Below, piece by piece: positions 13,305 through 25,654 of a stretch of DNA of 64,000 nucleotides. Position 1 is the first letter of the stretch. The number at the start of each line of letters is the position of its first letter. The notes under the pieces are model-generated. The model was not told the DNA's origin. It saw only the letters and a list, made by a program, of their open reading frames with translations, and ran no database searches. The DNA is taken from NCBI GenBank assembly GCA_002269645.1, contig NIVC01001743.1, positions 1 to 64,000 of the forward strand, in the 5' to 3' direction. Origin of the DNA: Macrostomum lignano. Lineage: Eukaryota. Both the position numbers and the translations under genes were made by a program.

Positions 13305-15970
13305 CATTAAAGAGCCACCATGTCAAACATTAAAGAGCCACCATGTCAAACATATACATGACGCCATGTCGAACATAAAAGAGCCACCATGTCGAACATT
13401 AAAAAGCCACCATGTCAAACATTAAAGAGCCACCATTTCAAACCTAAAAGAGCCACCATGTCGAACATTAAAGAGCCACCATGTCAAACATTAAAGAGCA
13501 ACCAGGTCAAACATATACATGACTCCATGTCGAACATTGAAGAGCCACCATGTCGAACATTAAAGGGCCACCATGTCAAATATTAAAGGGCCACCATGTC
13601 AAATATTAAAGAGCCACCATGTCAAACATTAAAGAGCCACCAGGTCAAACATGAAAGTGCCACCATGTCTAACATTAAAGAGCCACCATGGCAAAAATAT
13701 ACATGACTCTATGTCGAACATTCAAGAGCTACCATGTCAAACATATACATGACTCCATGTCAAACATTAAAGAGACACTATGTCAAACATTAAAGAGCCA
13801 CAAGGTCAAACATGAAAGTGCCACCATTTAACACATTAAAGAGCCACCATGTCGAACATTTAAGAACCACCATGTCAAACATAAAATAGCCACCATGTGA
13901 AACATATACGTGACTCCATGTAAAACATTAAAGAGCTACCATTTCAGACATATACATGACTCCATGTCAAACATATACATGACTCCATGTCAAACATTGA
14001 AGAGACACCATGTCGAACATAAAAGAGCCACCATGCAAAACATAAAAGAGCCACCATGTCTAACATTAAAGAGCCACCATGGCAAACATATACATGACTC
14101 CATGTCAAACATTGAAGAGCCACCATGTTAAACATATACATGACTCCATGTCAAACATTAAAGAGACACTATGTCAAACATTAAAGAGCCACCATGTCAA
14201 ACATATACATGACTCCATGTTGAACATTCAAGAGCTACCATGTCAAACATATACATGACTCCATGTTGAACATTCAAGAGCTACCATGTCAAACATATAC
14301 ATGACTCCATGTCAAACATTGAAGAGCCACCATGTCGAACATAAAAGGGCCACCATGTCAAATATTAAAGAGCCACCATGTTAAACATTAAAGAGCCACC
14401 AGGTCAAACATGAAAGTGCCACCATGTAAAACATTAAAGAGCCACCATGTCGAACATTTAAGAACCACCATGTCAAACATAAAATAGCCAACATGTGAAA
14501 CATATACGTGATTCCATGTAAAACATTAAAGAGCTACCATATCAGGCATATGCATGACTCCATGTCAAACATATAACGTGACTCCATGTTAGACAATTAA
14601 GAGCCACCATTTCGAACATTAAAGAGTCAACATGTTAAAAATACAAGAGCATCCATGTCAAACATATACATGACTCCATGTCAAACATTGAAGAGACACC
14701 ATGTCGAACATAAAAGAGCCACCATTCAAAACATAAAAGAGCCACCATGTCTAACATTAAAGAGCCACCATGTCAAACATATACATGACTCCATGTCAAA
14801 CATTAAAGAGACACTATGTCAAACATTAAAGAGCCACCATGTCGAACATTTAAGAGCCACCATGTCAAACATATACATGACTCCATGTTGAACATTCAAG
14901 AGCTACCATGTCAAACATATACATGACGCCATGTCGAACATTAAAGAGCCACCATGTCAAACATTGAAGAGCCACCATGTCAAACATTATAGAGCCACTA
15001 TGTCGAACATTTAAGAGCCACCATGTCAAACATATACATGACTCCATGTTGAACATTAAAGAGCCACCATGTCGAACATTTAAGAGCCACCATGTCGAAC
15101 ATTTAAGAGCCACCATGTGAAACATATACATGACTCCATGTCAAACATTAAAGAGACACTATGTCAAACATTAAAGAGCCACCATGTCGAACATTTAAGA
15201 GCCACCATGTCAAACATATACATGACTCCATGTCAAACATTAAAGAGACACTATGTCAAACATTAAAGAGCCACCATGTCGAACATTTAAGAGCCACCAT
15301 GTCAAACATATACATGACTCCATGTTGAACATTCAAGAGCTACCATGTCAAACATATACATGACTCCATGTCGAACATTACAGAGCCACCATGTCAAAGA
15401 TAAAAGAGCCACCATGTCAAACATAAAAGAGCCACCATGTTCAATATTAAAGAGCCACCAGGTCAAACATGAAAGTTCCACCATGTAAAACATTAACGAG
15501 CCACCATGTAAAACATATACGTAACTCCATGTCAAACATTGAAGCGACACCATGCCGAACATAAAAGAGCCACCATGTCGAACATAAAAGAGCTACCATG
15601 TCGAACATTAAAGAGCCACTATGTCAAACATATAAGTGACTTTATGTCGAACATTAAAGAGCCACCATGTCTAACATTAAAAAGCCACCATGTCCAACAT
15701 TAAAGAGCCACCATGTCAAAAAGTAAAGAGCCACCTTTTTGAACATTAAAGAGCCACCATGTCAAACATAATAGAGCCACCATGTCAAACATAATAGAGC
15801 CACCATGTCAAACATAGAAGAGCCCCCATGTCAAACATAGAAGAGCCACCATGTCAGACATTGAAAAGCCACCGTATCAAACATAAAAGAGTTACCATGT
15901 ACGAGCGTAGAACAAAAAAGAGCCACAATGTATAACATAAAAGAGCCACCCTGTTAAACATAAAAGATAC
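13305..15970. repeat. 23-bp satellite (AAAGAGCCACCATGTCAAACATT and variant ATACATGACTCCATGTCAAACAT)
   Basis: Directly visible tandem array of roughly 115 monomers. Confidence 0.95.
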
Positions 15971-16044
15971 ACAATTTCAAACGTAAAAGTAAGCGAATTT
16001 TAAAGGAGCCGCTATAATGCTAAGGAAATTGTCGCACTAGCTAC

Positions 16045-16410
16045 TTATTGTCTGGTGGATGCTTACTATTTGGGGATGCTATCTATCTTGGGGATGCTTG
16101 CTATCTTGGGGATGCTTCTATCTGGGGGACGCTTGCTATCTGGGGATGCTTGCTATCCGGGGGATGCTTGCTATCTGGGGGATGCTTGCAATCTGGGGGA
16201 TGCTTGCTATCTGAGGGATGCTTGCTATCTGGGGGATGCTTGCTGTCTTGGGGATGCTTTCTATCTGGGGGATGCTTGCTATCTGGGGGATGCTTGCTAT
16301 CTGGGGGATGCTTGCTATCTGGGGGATGCTTGCTATCCGGGGGATGCTTGCTATCTGGGGGATGCTTGCTATCTGGGGGACGCTTGCTATCTGGGGGATG
16401 CTTGCGGTCT
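16045..16410. repeat. 18-bp minisatellite GGGGGATGCTTGCTATCT near the 3' end of Helitron unit 1
   Basis: Directly visible. It is the source of the [12 protein letters not shown] ORFs. Confidence 0.95.
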
Positions 16411-16552
16411 TGGGATGATTTCTTTTTGCAATGCACTTCATTTGAGCAGTTTGTCTGTTGTCTTTTTGAAGGATTTTTGGCTGTTTTTTTGTTACTTGTA
16501 GAGAACAGAGATTCTATCCAGATGTCCCCCAACGGGGGGCGAAGATTGCTAG

Positions 16553-19500
16553 TCCTATATACTAAAAATGAGTTGTCTGTGGGTAGGTAGGTATGCGATA
16601 GATTTCAGAAAAAATGGCTCAACCGATTTTCTTCAAACTTGCACCATTCGATCAGAAATTTTCCTGGGACGGTACATGCATCTTGGCTAAGAAATGGCTC
16701 TATGATAAAGGGATTAAATATTCGAAAAACATGCTTTTTTGCAAAGGTCAAGCAAAATTTTCGACTTGAAATGCATTGTAAGAATGCTAGAGAAAAAACT
16801 GACTGGCTGAATTCCGATTGTGATAAAGATTGCATCACAACAAGTTGAAAACAGTGTCGAAGAAATGCACACACGACTTGATTAAAATTGCGTAACCATA
16901 TTGCTAACTTAAATTGAGACTGATACTGGCTGACTGAAAAATTGATTATGTCATAACTTTTTACTTCAATTGACTTGCTGTAAGAATTGAGTTATAAGGG
17001 CCACAATTCACGTTCTCCAATTGAAAAGAGATAGCCAAGATGCGAACAGACTGGAATGCTAATGTAGCGACCTGGGTTCGAATCTTAGTAGTGCAAAAAG
17101 ATTTTTTTGTCAAAACACCTTAAAAACACAACAAAACTGCTAAACATAATAGAAGCGCAATGTCAAACATAGAAGAGCCACCATGTCGAACATTAAAGAG
17201 CCACCATGCCAAACATTAAAGAGCCACCATGTCAAACATTAAAGAGCCACCATGTCAAACATAAAAGAGCCACCATGTCGAACATTAAAGAGCCACCATA
17301 TCAAACATACATGTAGAAGAACCACCATGTTAAACATAGAAGAGCCACCATGTCGAACATTAAGGAGCCAACATTTTGAATGTAAAAGAGTTACCATGTC
17401 AAACAAAAAATAAGCACTATGTCAAACATATACGTGACTCCATGTCAACGATTAAAAAGCCACCATTTCAAACATAGAAGAGCCACCATGTCAAACCTAA
17501 ACAAGCCACCACGTCTAACATTTAAGAGCCACCATGTCAAACATTTAAGAGCCACCATGTCAAACATTTAAGAGCCACCATGTCAAACATTTAAGAGCCA
17601 CCATGTCAAACATTTAAGAGCCACCATGTCAAACATATATGTGACTTTATGTCAAACTGTAAAGAGCCACCATTTCGAACATTAAACAGCCACTTTGTCA
17701 AACATTAGAGAGCCGCCGTGTCAAACATAAAAGAGCCACCAGGTTAAACATTAAAGAGCCACCATGTCAAACATAAAAGAGCCACCATGTCAAACATTAA
17801 AAAGCCACCATGTCGAACATAAAAGAGCCACCATGTAGAATATTAAAGAGCCACCATGAAGAACATTAAAGAGCCACCATGTCAAACATTTAAGAGCCAC
17901 CATGAAGAACATTTAAGAGCCACCATCTCAAACATATATGTGACTTTATGTCAAACTTTAAAGAGCCACCATTTTGAACATTAAATAGCCACTTTGTCAA
18001 ACACTAGAGAGCCGCCGTGTCAAACATAAAAGAGCCACCAGGTTAAACATTAAAGAGCCACCATGTCAAACAATAAAGAGCCACCATGGCGAACATTAAA
18101 GAGTTACCATGTCAAACATAAAAGAGCCACCATGTCAGACATTTAAAGCCACCGTATTGAACATAAAAGAGCCACCATGGCGAACATTAAAGAGCTACCA
18201 TGTCAAACATTAAAAAGCTATCATGTCAAACACAAAATAGCCACCATGTCAAACATAGAAGAGACACTATGTCAAACGTATAAGTGACTCCATGTCAAAC
18301 ATTAAAGAGCCACCATGGCGAACATTAAAAAGCCACCATGTCAAACATAAAAGTGCCACCATGTCAAACATTAAAGAGCCACCATGTCGAACATTAAAGA
18401 GCCACCATAGCGAACATTAAAGAGCCACCCTGTAAAACATAAAAGAGCCACCATGTCAAACATTAAAGAGCCACCATTGCGAACATTAAAGGGCCACCAT
18501 GTCAAACATAAAAGAGCCACCATGTCAAACATAAAAGAGCCACCATGTCAAACATAAAAGAGCCACCATGTCAAACATTAAAGAGCCACCATGGCGAACA
18601 TTTAAGAGCCACCATGCCAAACATAAAAGAGCTACCATGTCAAACATAAAAGAGCCACCATGTCAAACATTAAAGAGCCACCATGGCGAACATTAAAGAG
18701 CCACCATGTAAAACATTAAAGAGCCACCATGTCAGACATTAAAGAGCCACCATGCCAAATATAAAAGAGCCACCATGCCAAACATTTAAGAGCCACCATG
18801 TCGAACATTTAAGAGCCACCATGCCAAACATAAAAGAGCAACGATGTCAAACATAAAAGAGCCACCATGCCAAACATAAAAGAGCAACAATGTCAAACAT
18901 AAAAGAGCCACCATGTCAAACATAAAAGTGCCATTATGTCAAAAATATACGTGATTCCATGTCAAACATTAAAGAGCCACCATGTCAAACATTAAAGAGC
19001 TATCATGTCAAACACAGAATAGCCACCATGTAAAACATAAAAGAGACACTGTCAAACGTATACGTGACTCCATGTCAAACACAGAATAGCCATTATGTAA
19101 AACATAGAAGAGACACTATGTCAAACGTATACGTGACTCTATGTCAAACACTAAAGAGCCACCATGGCGAACATTAAAGAGCCACCATGTCAAACATAAA
19201 AGTGCCACCATGTCAAACATAAAAGTGCCACCATGTCAAACATTAAAGAGCCACCATGGCAAACATTAAAGAGTTACCATGTCAAACATAAAAGAGCCAC
19301 CATGTCAAACATTAAAGAGCCACCATGGCGAACATTAAAGAGCGACCATGTCGAATATTAAAGGGCCACCGTGTCAAACATTAAAGAGCCACCATGTCGA
19401 ATATTAAAGGGCCACCGTGTCAAACATTAAAGAGCCACCATGGCGAACATTAAAGAGTGACCATGTCGAATATTAAAGGGCCACCGTGTCAAACATTAAA

Positions 19501-20881
19501 GAGCCACCATGTCAAACATTAAAGAGCCATCATGTCAAACATAAAAAAACTATCATGTCAAACACAAAGGAGCTACCATGTCAAACATAGAAGAGCCACC
19601 ATGTCAAACATTAAAGAGCCACCATGTCAAACATATATGTGACTTTATGTCAAACTGTAAAGAGCCACCATTTCGAACATTAAATAGCCACTTTGTCAAA
19701 CATTAGAGAGCCGCCGTGTCAAACATAAAAGAGCCACCAGGTTAAACATTAAAGAGCCACCATGTCAAACACAGAATAGCCACCATGTAAAACATAGAAG
19801 AGACACTATGTCAAACGTATACGTGACTCCATGTCAAACATTACAGAGCAGCCATGGCGAACATTAAAGAGCCACCATGTCAAAAATAAAAGAGCTACCA
19901 TGTCAAACACTAAAGAGCCACCATGGCGAACATTAAAAAGCCACCATGTCAAACATAAAAGTGCCACCATGTCAAACATTAAAGAGCCACCATGGCGAAC
20001 ATTAAAGAGCCACCATGTCAAACATTAAAGAGCCACCATGTAAAATATAAAAGAGCCACCTTGTCAAACATTAAAGAGCCATCATGTCAAACATAAAAGA
20101 GCCATCATGTGAAACATTAAAGAGCTATCATGTCAAACACAAAAGAGCTACCATGTCAAACATAGAAGAGCTACCATGTCAAACATTAAAGAGCCACCTT
20201 TTTAAACAAAAAAGAGACCCTATTTCAAACATAAAAGAAGTGTCATGCCAAACAAAATGGAACCATTATAAAGCTAAGGAAATTGTTGCACTAGCAACTT
20301 GTTCTCTGGTGGATGCTTGCTTTTTAAGGATGGATACTTGCTTACAGGGGGATGCTTGCTCTTGTGGGTGGAGGGTACTTGCTATCTGAGAGGGGGTTGC
20401 TAGATATCTATAAGGTATCTTTGTATCCAGGTTATGCTTGCTATCAGGGGTTGCTTGCTGTCTGGGGGATGCTTGCGATCTGGGGATGCTTGCGAACTGG
20501 GGGATGCTTGCTATATGGGGTCTGAGGAATGCTTGCTATCTGCGGGATGCTTGCTATCTGGCGGTGCTTGCTATCGGGGGGATGCTTGCTATCTGGGGAA
20601 TGCTTGCTATCTGGGGTCTGGGGGAATGCTTGCTATCTGGGGATGCTTGCTATCTGGGGGATGCTTGCTACCTGGGGGATGCTTGCAGTCTGGGGGATGC
20701 TTGCTATTTGGGGATCGATGCTTGAATGCTTTCTGAGGATGCTTGCTGTCTTGGGATGTTTTGTTTTTAGAGGGAATGTCTGTTGTTGTTTCTTGAAGGT
20801 TTTATTTCGCTGTCTATTTGTTATTTGTAAAGAACAAGGATTCTATCCAGATGTCCCCCATCGGGGGGCGAAGATTGCTAG
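16553..20881 (+). mobile_element. Non-autonomous Helitron, array unit 2 (subfamily A)
   Basis: Junction CTAG|TCCTATATACTAAAA; same 5' core, 23-bp satellite and 18-bp satellite as unit 1; 3' hairpin GTCCCCCATCGGGGGGC followed by CTAG. Confidence 0.88.
17160..20230. repeat. 23-bp satellite, same family as 13305-15970
   Basis: Directly visible array of roughly 130 monomers. Confidence 0.95.
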
Positions 20882-23800
20882 TCTAATATACTAAAAATGG
20901 TCTGTTTGTGTGTGCGTGTGTGTGTGTGTGTGTGTGATCGATTTTAGCAAAAACGGCTGAACCGATTTTCTTCGAACCTGCACTGTTCGATCAGAAATTT
21001 TTCCGTGACGGTACATGCATCGTGGCTAAGAAATTGCTCGATGCTAGAGGGATTAAATATTCGAAAAACATGCTTTTTTGCAAAGGTCAAGCAGCTCTTT
21101 CGACTTGAAATGCATTGTAAGAATGCTAGCAGAAAAACTGACTGGTTGAATTCTGATTCTAAAATAGATTGCATCACAATACACTTTATTTATCGTCTGT
21201 GTACTGGCTGAATTTGACACTCAATTGAATTGCGTCACAGCTTTGAGTGTGAAAGCATAGCGCAGTACCCAATTTATATTACGTAACCATTTGTTAACTT
21301 TCATAGACACTGGTACTGACTTGCCTAAGAAATTGATTATGTCATAACTGCTTCGTGTGACTTTTTACTCTACCTGACTTGTGTTGAATTATATAAGTAG
21401 TACAAATTCACTGATAACTTCGATGAGAGCTAGCCTAGAGCTGAAGAGCTAGACTGCTAATGCAGCGACCTGGTTTCGAATCTAAGTAGTTTAAAAGTAG
21501 TAGTATAAATTTTTTTATTAAAAGCTTTTATTAAATATTTAGTCCTTTAATAAAACAAAACTTAGATTACTGCACTCGAGAAGCCAAGGATTATTGCTAT
21601 TAATAAACCAAGGATTACTGCACTCGATAAGCCAAGGATTATTGCTATTAATAAACCAAGGATTAATGCACTCGATAAACCAAGGACAATTGCTATTATT
21701 AAACCAAGGATTACTGCACTTGATTAATCAAGGATTATTGCTATTAATAAACTAAGGATTACTGCACTCGATATACCAAGGATTATTGCTATTATTAAAC
21801 CAAGGATTACTGCACTCGATAAACCAAGGACTATTGCTATTATTAAACCAAGGATTACTGCACTTGATTAATCAAGGATTATTGCTATTAATAAACCAAG
21901 GATTACTGCACTCGATAAACCAAGGATTATTGCTATTAATAAACCAAGGATTACTGCACTCAAGAAGCCAAGGATTATTGCTATTAATAAACCAAGGATT
22001 ACTACACTCGATAAGCCAAGGATTATTGCTCTTTATAAACCAAGGATTACTGCAATTGGAAAACAAAGGATTACTGCACTCGAGAAGCCAAGGATTATTG
22101 CTATTAATAAACCAAGGATTACTGCACTCGATAAGCCAAGGATTATTGCTATTAATAAACCAAGGATTAATGCACTCGATAAACCAAGGACAATTGCTAT
22201 TATTAAACCAAGGATTACTGCACTTGATTAATCAAGGATTATTGCTATTAATAAACTAAGGATTACTGCACTCGATAAGCCAAGGATTATTGCTATTAAT
22301 AAACCAAGGATTACTGCACTCGATTAGCCAAGGATTATTGCTATTAATAAACCAAGGATGAATGCACTCGATAAACCAAGGACAATTGCTATTATTAAAC
22401 CAAGGATTACTGCACTTGATTAATCAAGGATTATTGCTATTAATAAACCAAGGATTACTGCACTCGATAAACCAAGGATTATTGCTATTATTAAACCAAG
22501 GATTACTGCACTTGATTAATCAAGGATTATTGCTATTAATAAACCAAGGATTAATGCACTCGATAAACCAAGGACAATTGCTCTTGGCAAACCAAGGATT
22601 ACTGCACTCAAGAAGCCAAGGATTATTGCTATTAATAAACCAAGGATTACTGCACTCGATAAGCCAAGGATTATTGATCTTTATAAACCAAGGATTACTG
22701 CACTCGATAAGCCAAGGATTATTGCTCTTTATAAACCAAGGATTACTGCAATTGGAAAACAAAGGATTACTGCACTCGAGAAGCCAAGGATTATTGCTAT
22801 TAATAAACCAAGGATTACTGCACTCGATAAGCCAAGGATTATTGCTATTAATAAACCAAGGATTAATGCACTCGATAAACCAAGGACAATTGCTCTTGGC
22901 AAACCAAGGATTACTGCACTCAAGAAGCCAAGGATTATTGCTATTAATAAACCAAGGATTACTGCAATTGGAAAACAAAGGATTACTGCACTCGAGAAGC
23001 CAAGGATTATTGCTATTAATAAACCAAGGATTACTGCACTCGATAAGCCAAGGATTACTGCACTCGATAAGCCAAGGATTACTGCACTTGGAAAACCAAG
23101 GATTACTGCACTTGGAAAACCAAGGATTACTGCACTCGATAAGCCAAGTATTATAGCTATTAATAAACCAAGGATTACTGCACTTAGAAAACTAAAGATT
23201 ACTGCACTCGATAAGCCAAGGATTATTGCTATTAATAAACCAAGGATTACTGCACTCGAGAAGCCAAGGATTATTACTATTAATAAACCAAGGATTACTG
23301 CACTCAATAAGCCAAAGATTATTGGTCTTAATAAACCAAGGATTACTTCACTCCATAGCCAAGGATTACTGCGCTTGATAAGCTTGGCTACATGTATAGG
23401 ATTATTTCTATCCAGGGATGCTTGCTATTTAGGAATTCTTGCTATGTGCAGGATGCTTGCTATCTGGAAGGATGCTTCTACATTATTTGGGGGATGCTTG
23501 CTATCTGGAAGGATGCTTCTACATTATTTGGGGGATGCTTGCTATCTGGGTGGATGCTTTTATCCGGGGGATGCTTCTATTTGGGGGATGCTTGCTATCT
23601 GCAAGATGCTTGCTATCTGCAGATGCTTGCTATCTGGGTGGATACTTGCTAGGAGTATTAGGGGATGCTTGCTGTCTGCGGTTGTTTACTTTTGGAGGAG
23701 GGTGCTTGCTACTGGGGGGATGCTTGCTGTCTTGGGAATATTTCCTATTTAGGGGTAATGACTGTGTTCTTTGTGAAAGCTATATTTTCTTGTCTGTTTG

Positions 23801-23988
23801 TTAATTTTAGAAAAAAAGAGATTCATAGCAAATATTATTGTCCATGACAATTTTAAATGAATAAGGTGATTTTTAAAAGTGATGAAGGACTTAGTTTTTA
23901 AGAAAATGTGCTTTTTCATTGATTTCCATAAACTATTTTTGCTTCGTTCTTATTGGGCGCCCCCAAGGGGGGCCGCACTAGATTGCTT
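20882..23988 (+). mobile_element. Non-autonomous Helitron, array unit 3 (subfamily B)
   Basis: 5' TCTAATATACTAAAA plus a (GT)n run plus the shared core; 3' hairpin GCGCCCCCAAGGGGGGCCGC; terminus GATTGCT(T) lacks the final AG. Confidence 0.85.
21565..23375. repeat. 24-bp/48-bp dimeric satellite (AAACCAAGGATTACTGCACTCGAT alternating with AAGCCAAGGATTATTGCTATTAAT)
   Basis: Directly visible. It is the source of the NQGLLHSI ORFs. Confidence 0.95.
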
Positions 23989-24684
23989 TCTAATATACTA
24001 AAAATGAAATGCTTGGTTGCTTGCTTGTAATTGATTTTCTCCCGAACGGCTCAACCGATTTTCTTCAAACTTGCACCATTCGATCAGAAATTTTCCCGGG
24101 ACGGTACATGCATATTGGCTAAGAAATTGCTCAATGATAAAGGGATTAAATATTCGAAAAACATGATTTTTTGCAAAGGTCAAGCAGCTCTTTCGACCTG
24201 AAATGCATTGTAAGAATGCTAGAGAAAAAACTGACTGACTGAATTCCGATTGTGATAAAGATTGCATCACAACAAGTTGAAAACAGTGCCGAACAAATGC
24301 ACACAAAACTTGAATGAAATTGCGTAACCATATTGCCAACTTAAATTGAGACTGATTCTGGCTGACTGAGAAATTGATTATGTCATAATTTTTTACTCCA
24401 ATTGACTTGCTGTAAGAATTGAATTATAAGGGCCACAATTCATGTTCTCCAATTGAAAAGAGATAGCCAAGAAAGATGCGAACAGACTGGACTGCTACTG
24501 TAGATGATGGAATAGCCGATGTGTAGGCACTAGGAATTGGTTATAGGCTCGGCTAGGGTTCGATTCTGCACTGCGTCAAATTTCAGCCAGTAGTGATTGA
24601 AGATTATTTAAATTTATTTTTTTCATTCACTTCGTAAATAAAATATTATCTGACTTTGAATCATTGCAAAAATAGAGCTTGAAT

Positions 24685-25180
24685 CAGACTAAACCAGAGT
24701 TTAAATCATGGCTAAACCAGAGTCTGAATCATGGCTAAACCAGAGTTTAAATCATGGCTAAACCAGAGTCTGAATCATGGCTAAAACCAGTGTTTGAATC
24801 ATGGCTAAACCAGAGTCTGAATCATGGCTAAACCAGAGTCTGAATCATGGCTAAAACCAGTGTTTGAATCATGGCTAAACCAGAGTCTGAATCATGGCTA
24901 AAACCAGTGTTTGAATCATGGCTAAACCATTGTTTGAATCATGGCTAAACCAGAGTTTAAGTCATGGCTAAACCATCGTTTGAATCATGACTAAACCAGA
25001 GTTTGAATCATGGCTAAACCAAAGTTTGAATCATGACTAAACCAGAGTTTGAATCATGGCTAAACCAAAGTTTGAATCATGGCAAAACCAGAGTTTGAAT
25101 CATGGCTAAACGAGAGTCTGACTCATGGCTAAACCAGAGTTTGAATCATGGCTAAACCAGAGTTTGAATCATTGCAAAAC
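24685..25180. repeat. 23-bp satellite GAATCATGGCTAAACCAGAGTTT upstream of Rep/Hel
   Basis: About 20 copies, directly visible. Confidence 0.95.
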
Positions 25181-25654
25181 CAGTTTTGTTAAAAGTGATA
25201 CTGATTATCACTGATATTGATGATATCACTGATATCAGTGATACTGGTAACTCTGATAAGAATTTCACTATGTCAAAAGTACATAGCTGTATCAACCCCA
25301 CTGGCGAGACAGTCATAAATAGATTACATTCACAGTTTTTTTCACTGGCTGGCGCAGACCAGTGTACATTGTGAGCCCTCTGCCCCGGAATTTGGACACA
25401 CGGGCCTGGAGAGCCCACACCCCAAATCATAGGTTTTTTAGATTTAGACCCCTTTCTTCTTTATCGATTTTTCAGTTTCTACCCTGCGTCTTAAGATAAG
25501 CTCCAATTCAGCCCACTGGATGATAAATAGCCTGTAATAGTTTGGCTCAAGGGCACCTTATCTGATTCTTCAGACATCCAAATTCACAAACTTTCATCTT
25601 TCAAACCATATATTCTTTCTGAACTAATTTCATTTCACTTCTCATTTCTCAATC

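Larger units (their letters stand above)
12705..16552 (+). mobile_element. Non-autonomous Helitron, array unit 1 (subfamily A)
   Basis: 5' junction A|TCCTATATACTAAAA; 3' hairpin GTCCCCCAACGGGGGGC followed by CTAG; internal satellites. Confidence 0.88.

Noticed and set aside
13305-20230. Perfect Kozak GCCACCATG in most 23-bp monomers
   Set aside because: Frames close quickly, there is no evidence of a Pol II transcript, and the upstream tRNA-like unit ends in a T-run. It is treated as coincidence amplified by tandem repetition.
21786-23307. NQGLLHSI / SAVILGLL repeat membrane proteins (also 35385-37033)
   Set aside because: They are translations of the 24/48-bp Helitron satellite on both strands.
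13305-23375. CRISPR-like regularly spaced repeats
   Set aside because: The monomers are contiguous with no unique spacers, no cas genes are present, and the context is eukaryotic.
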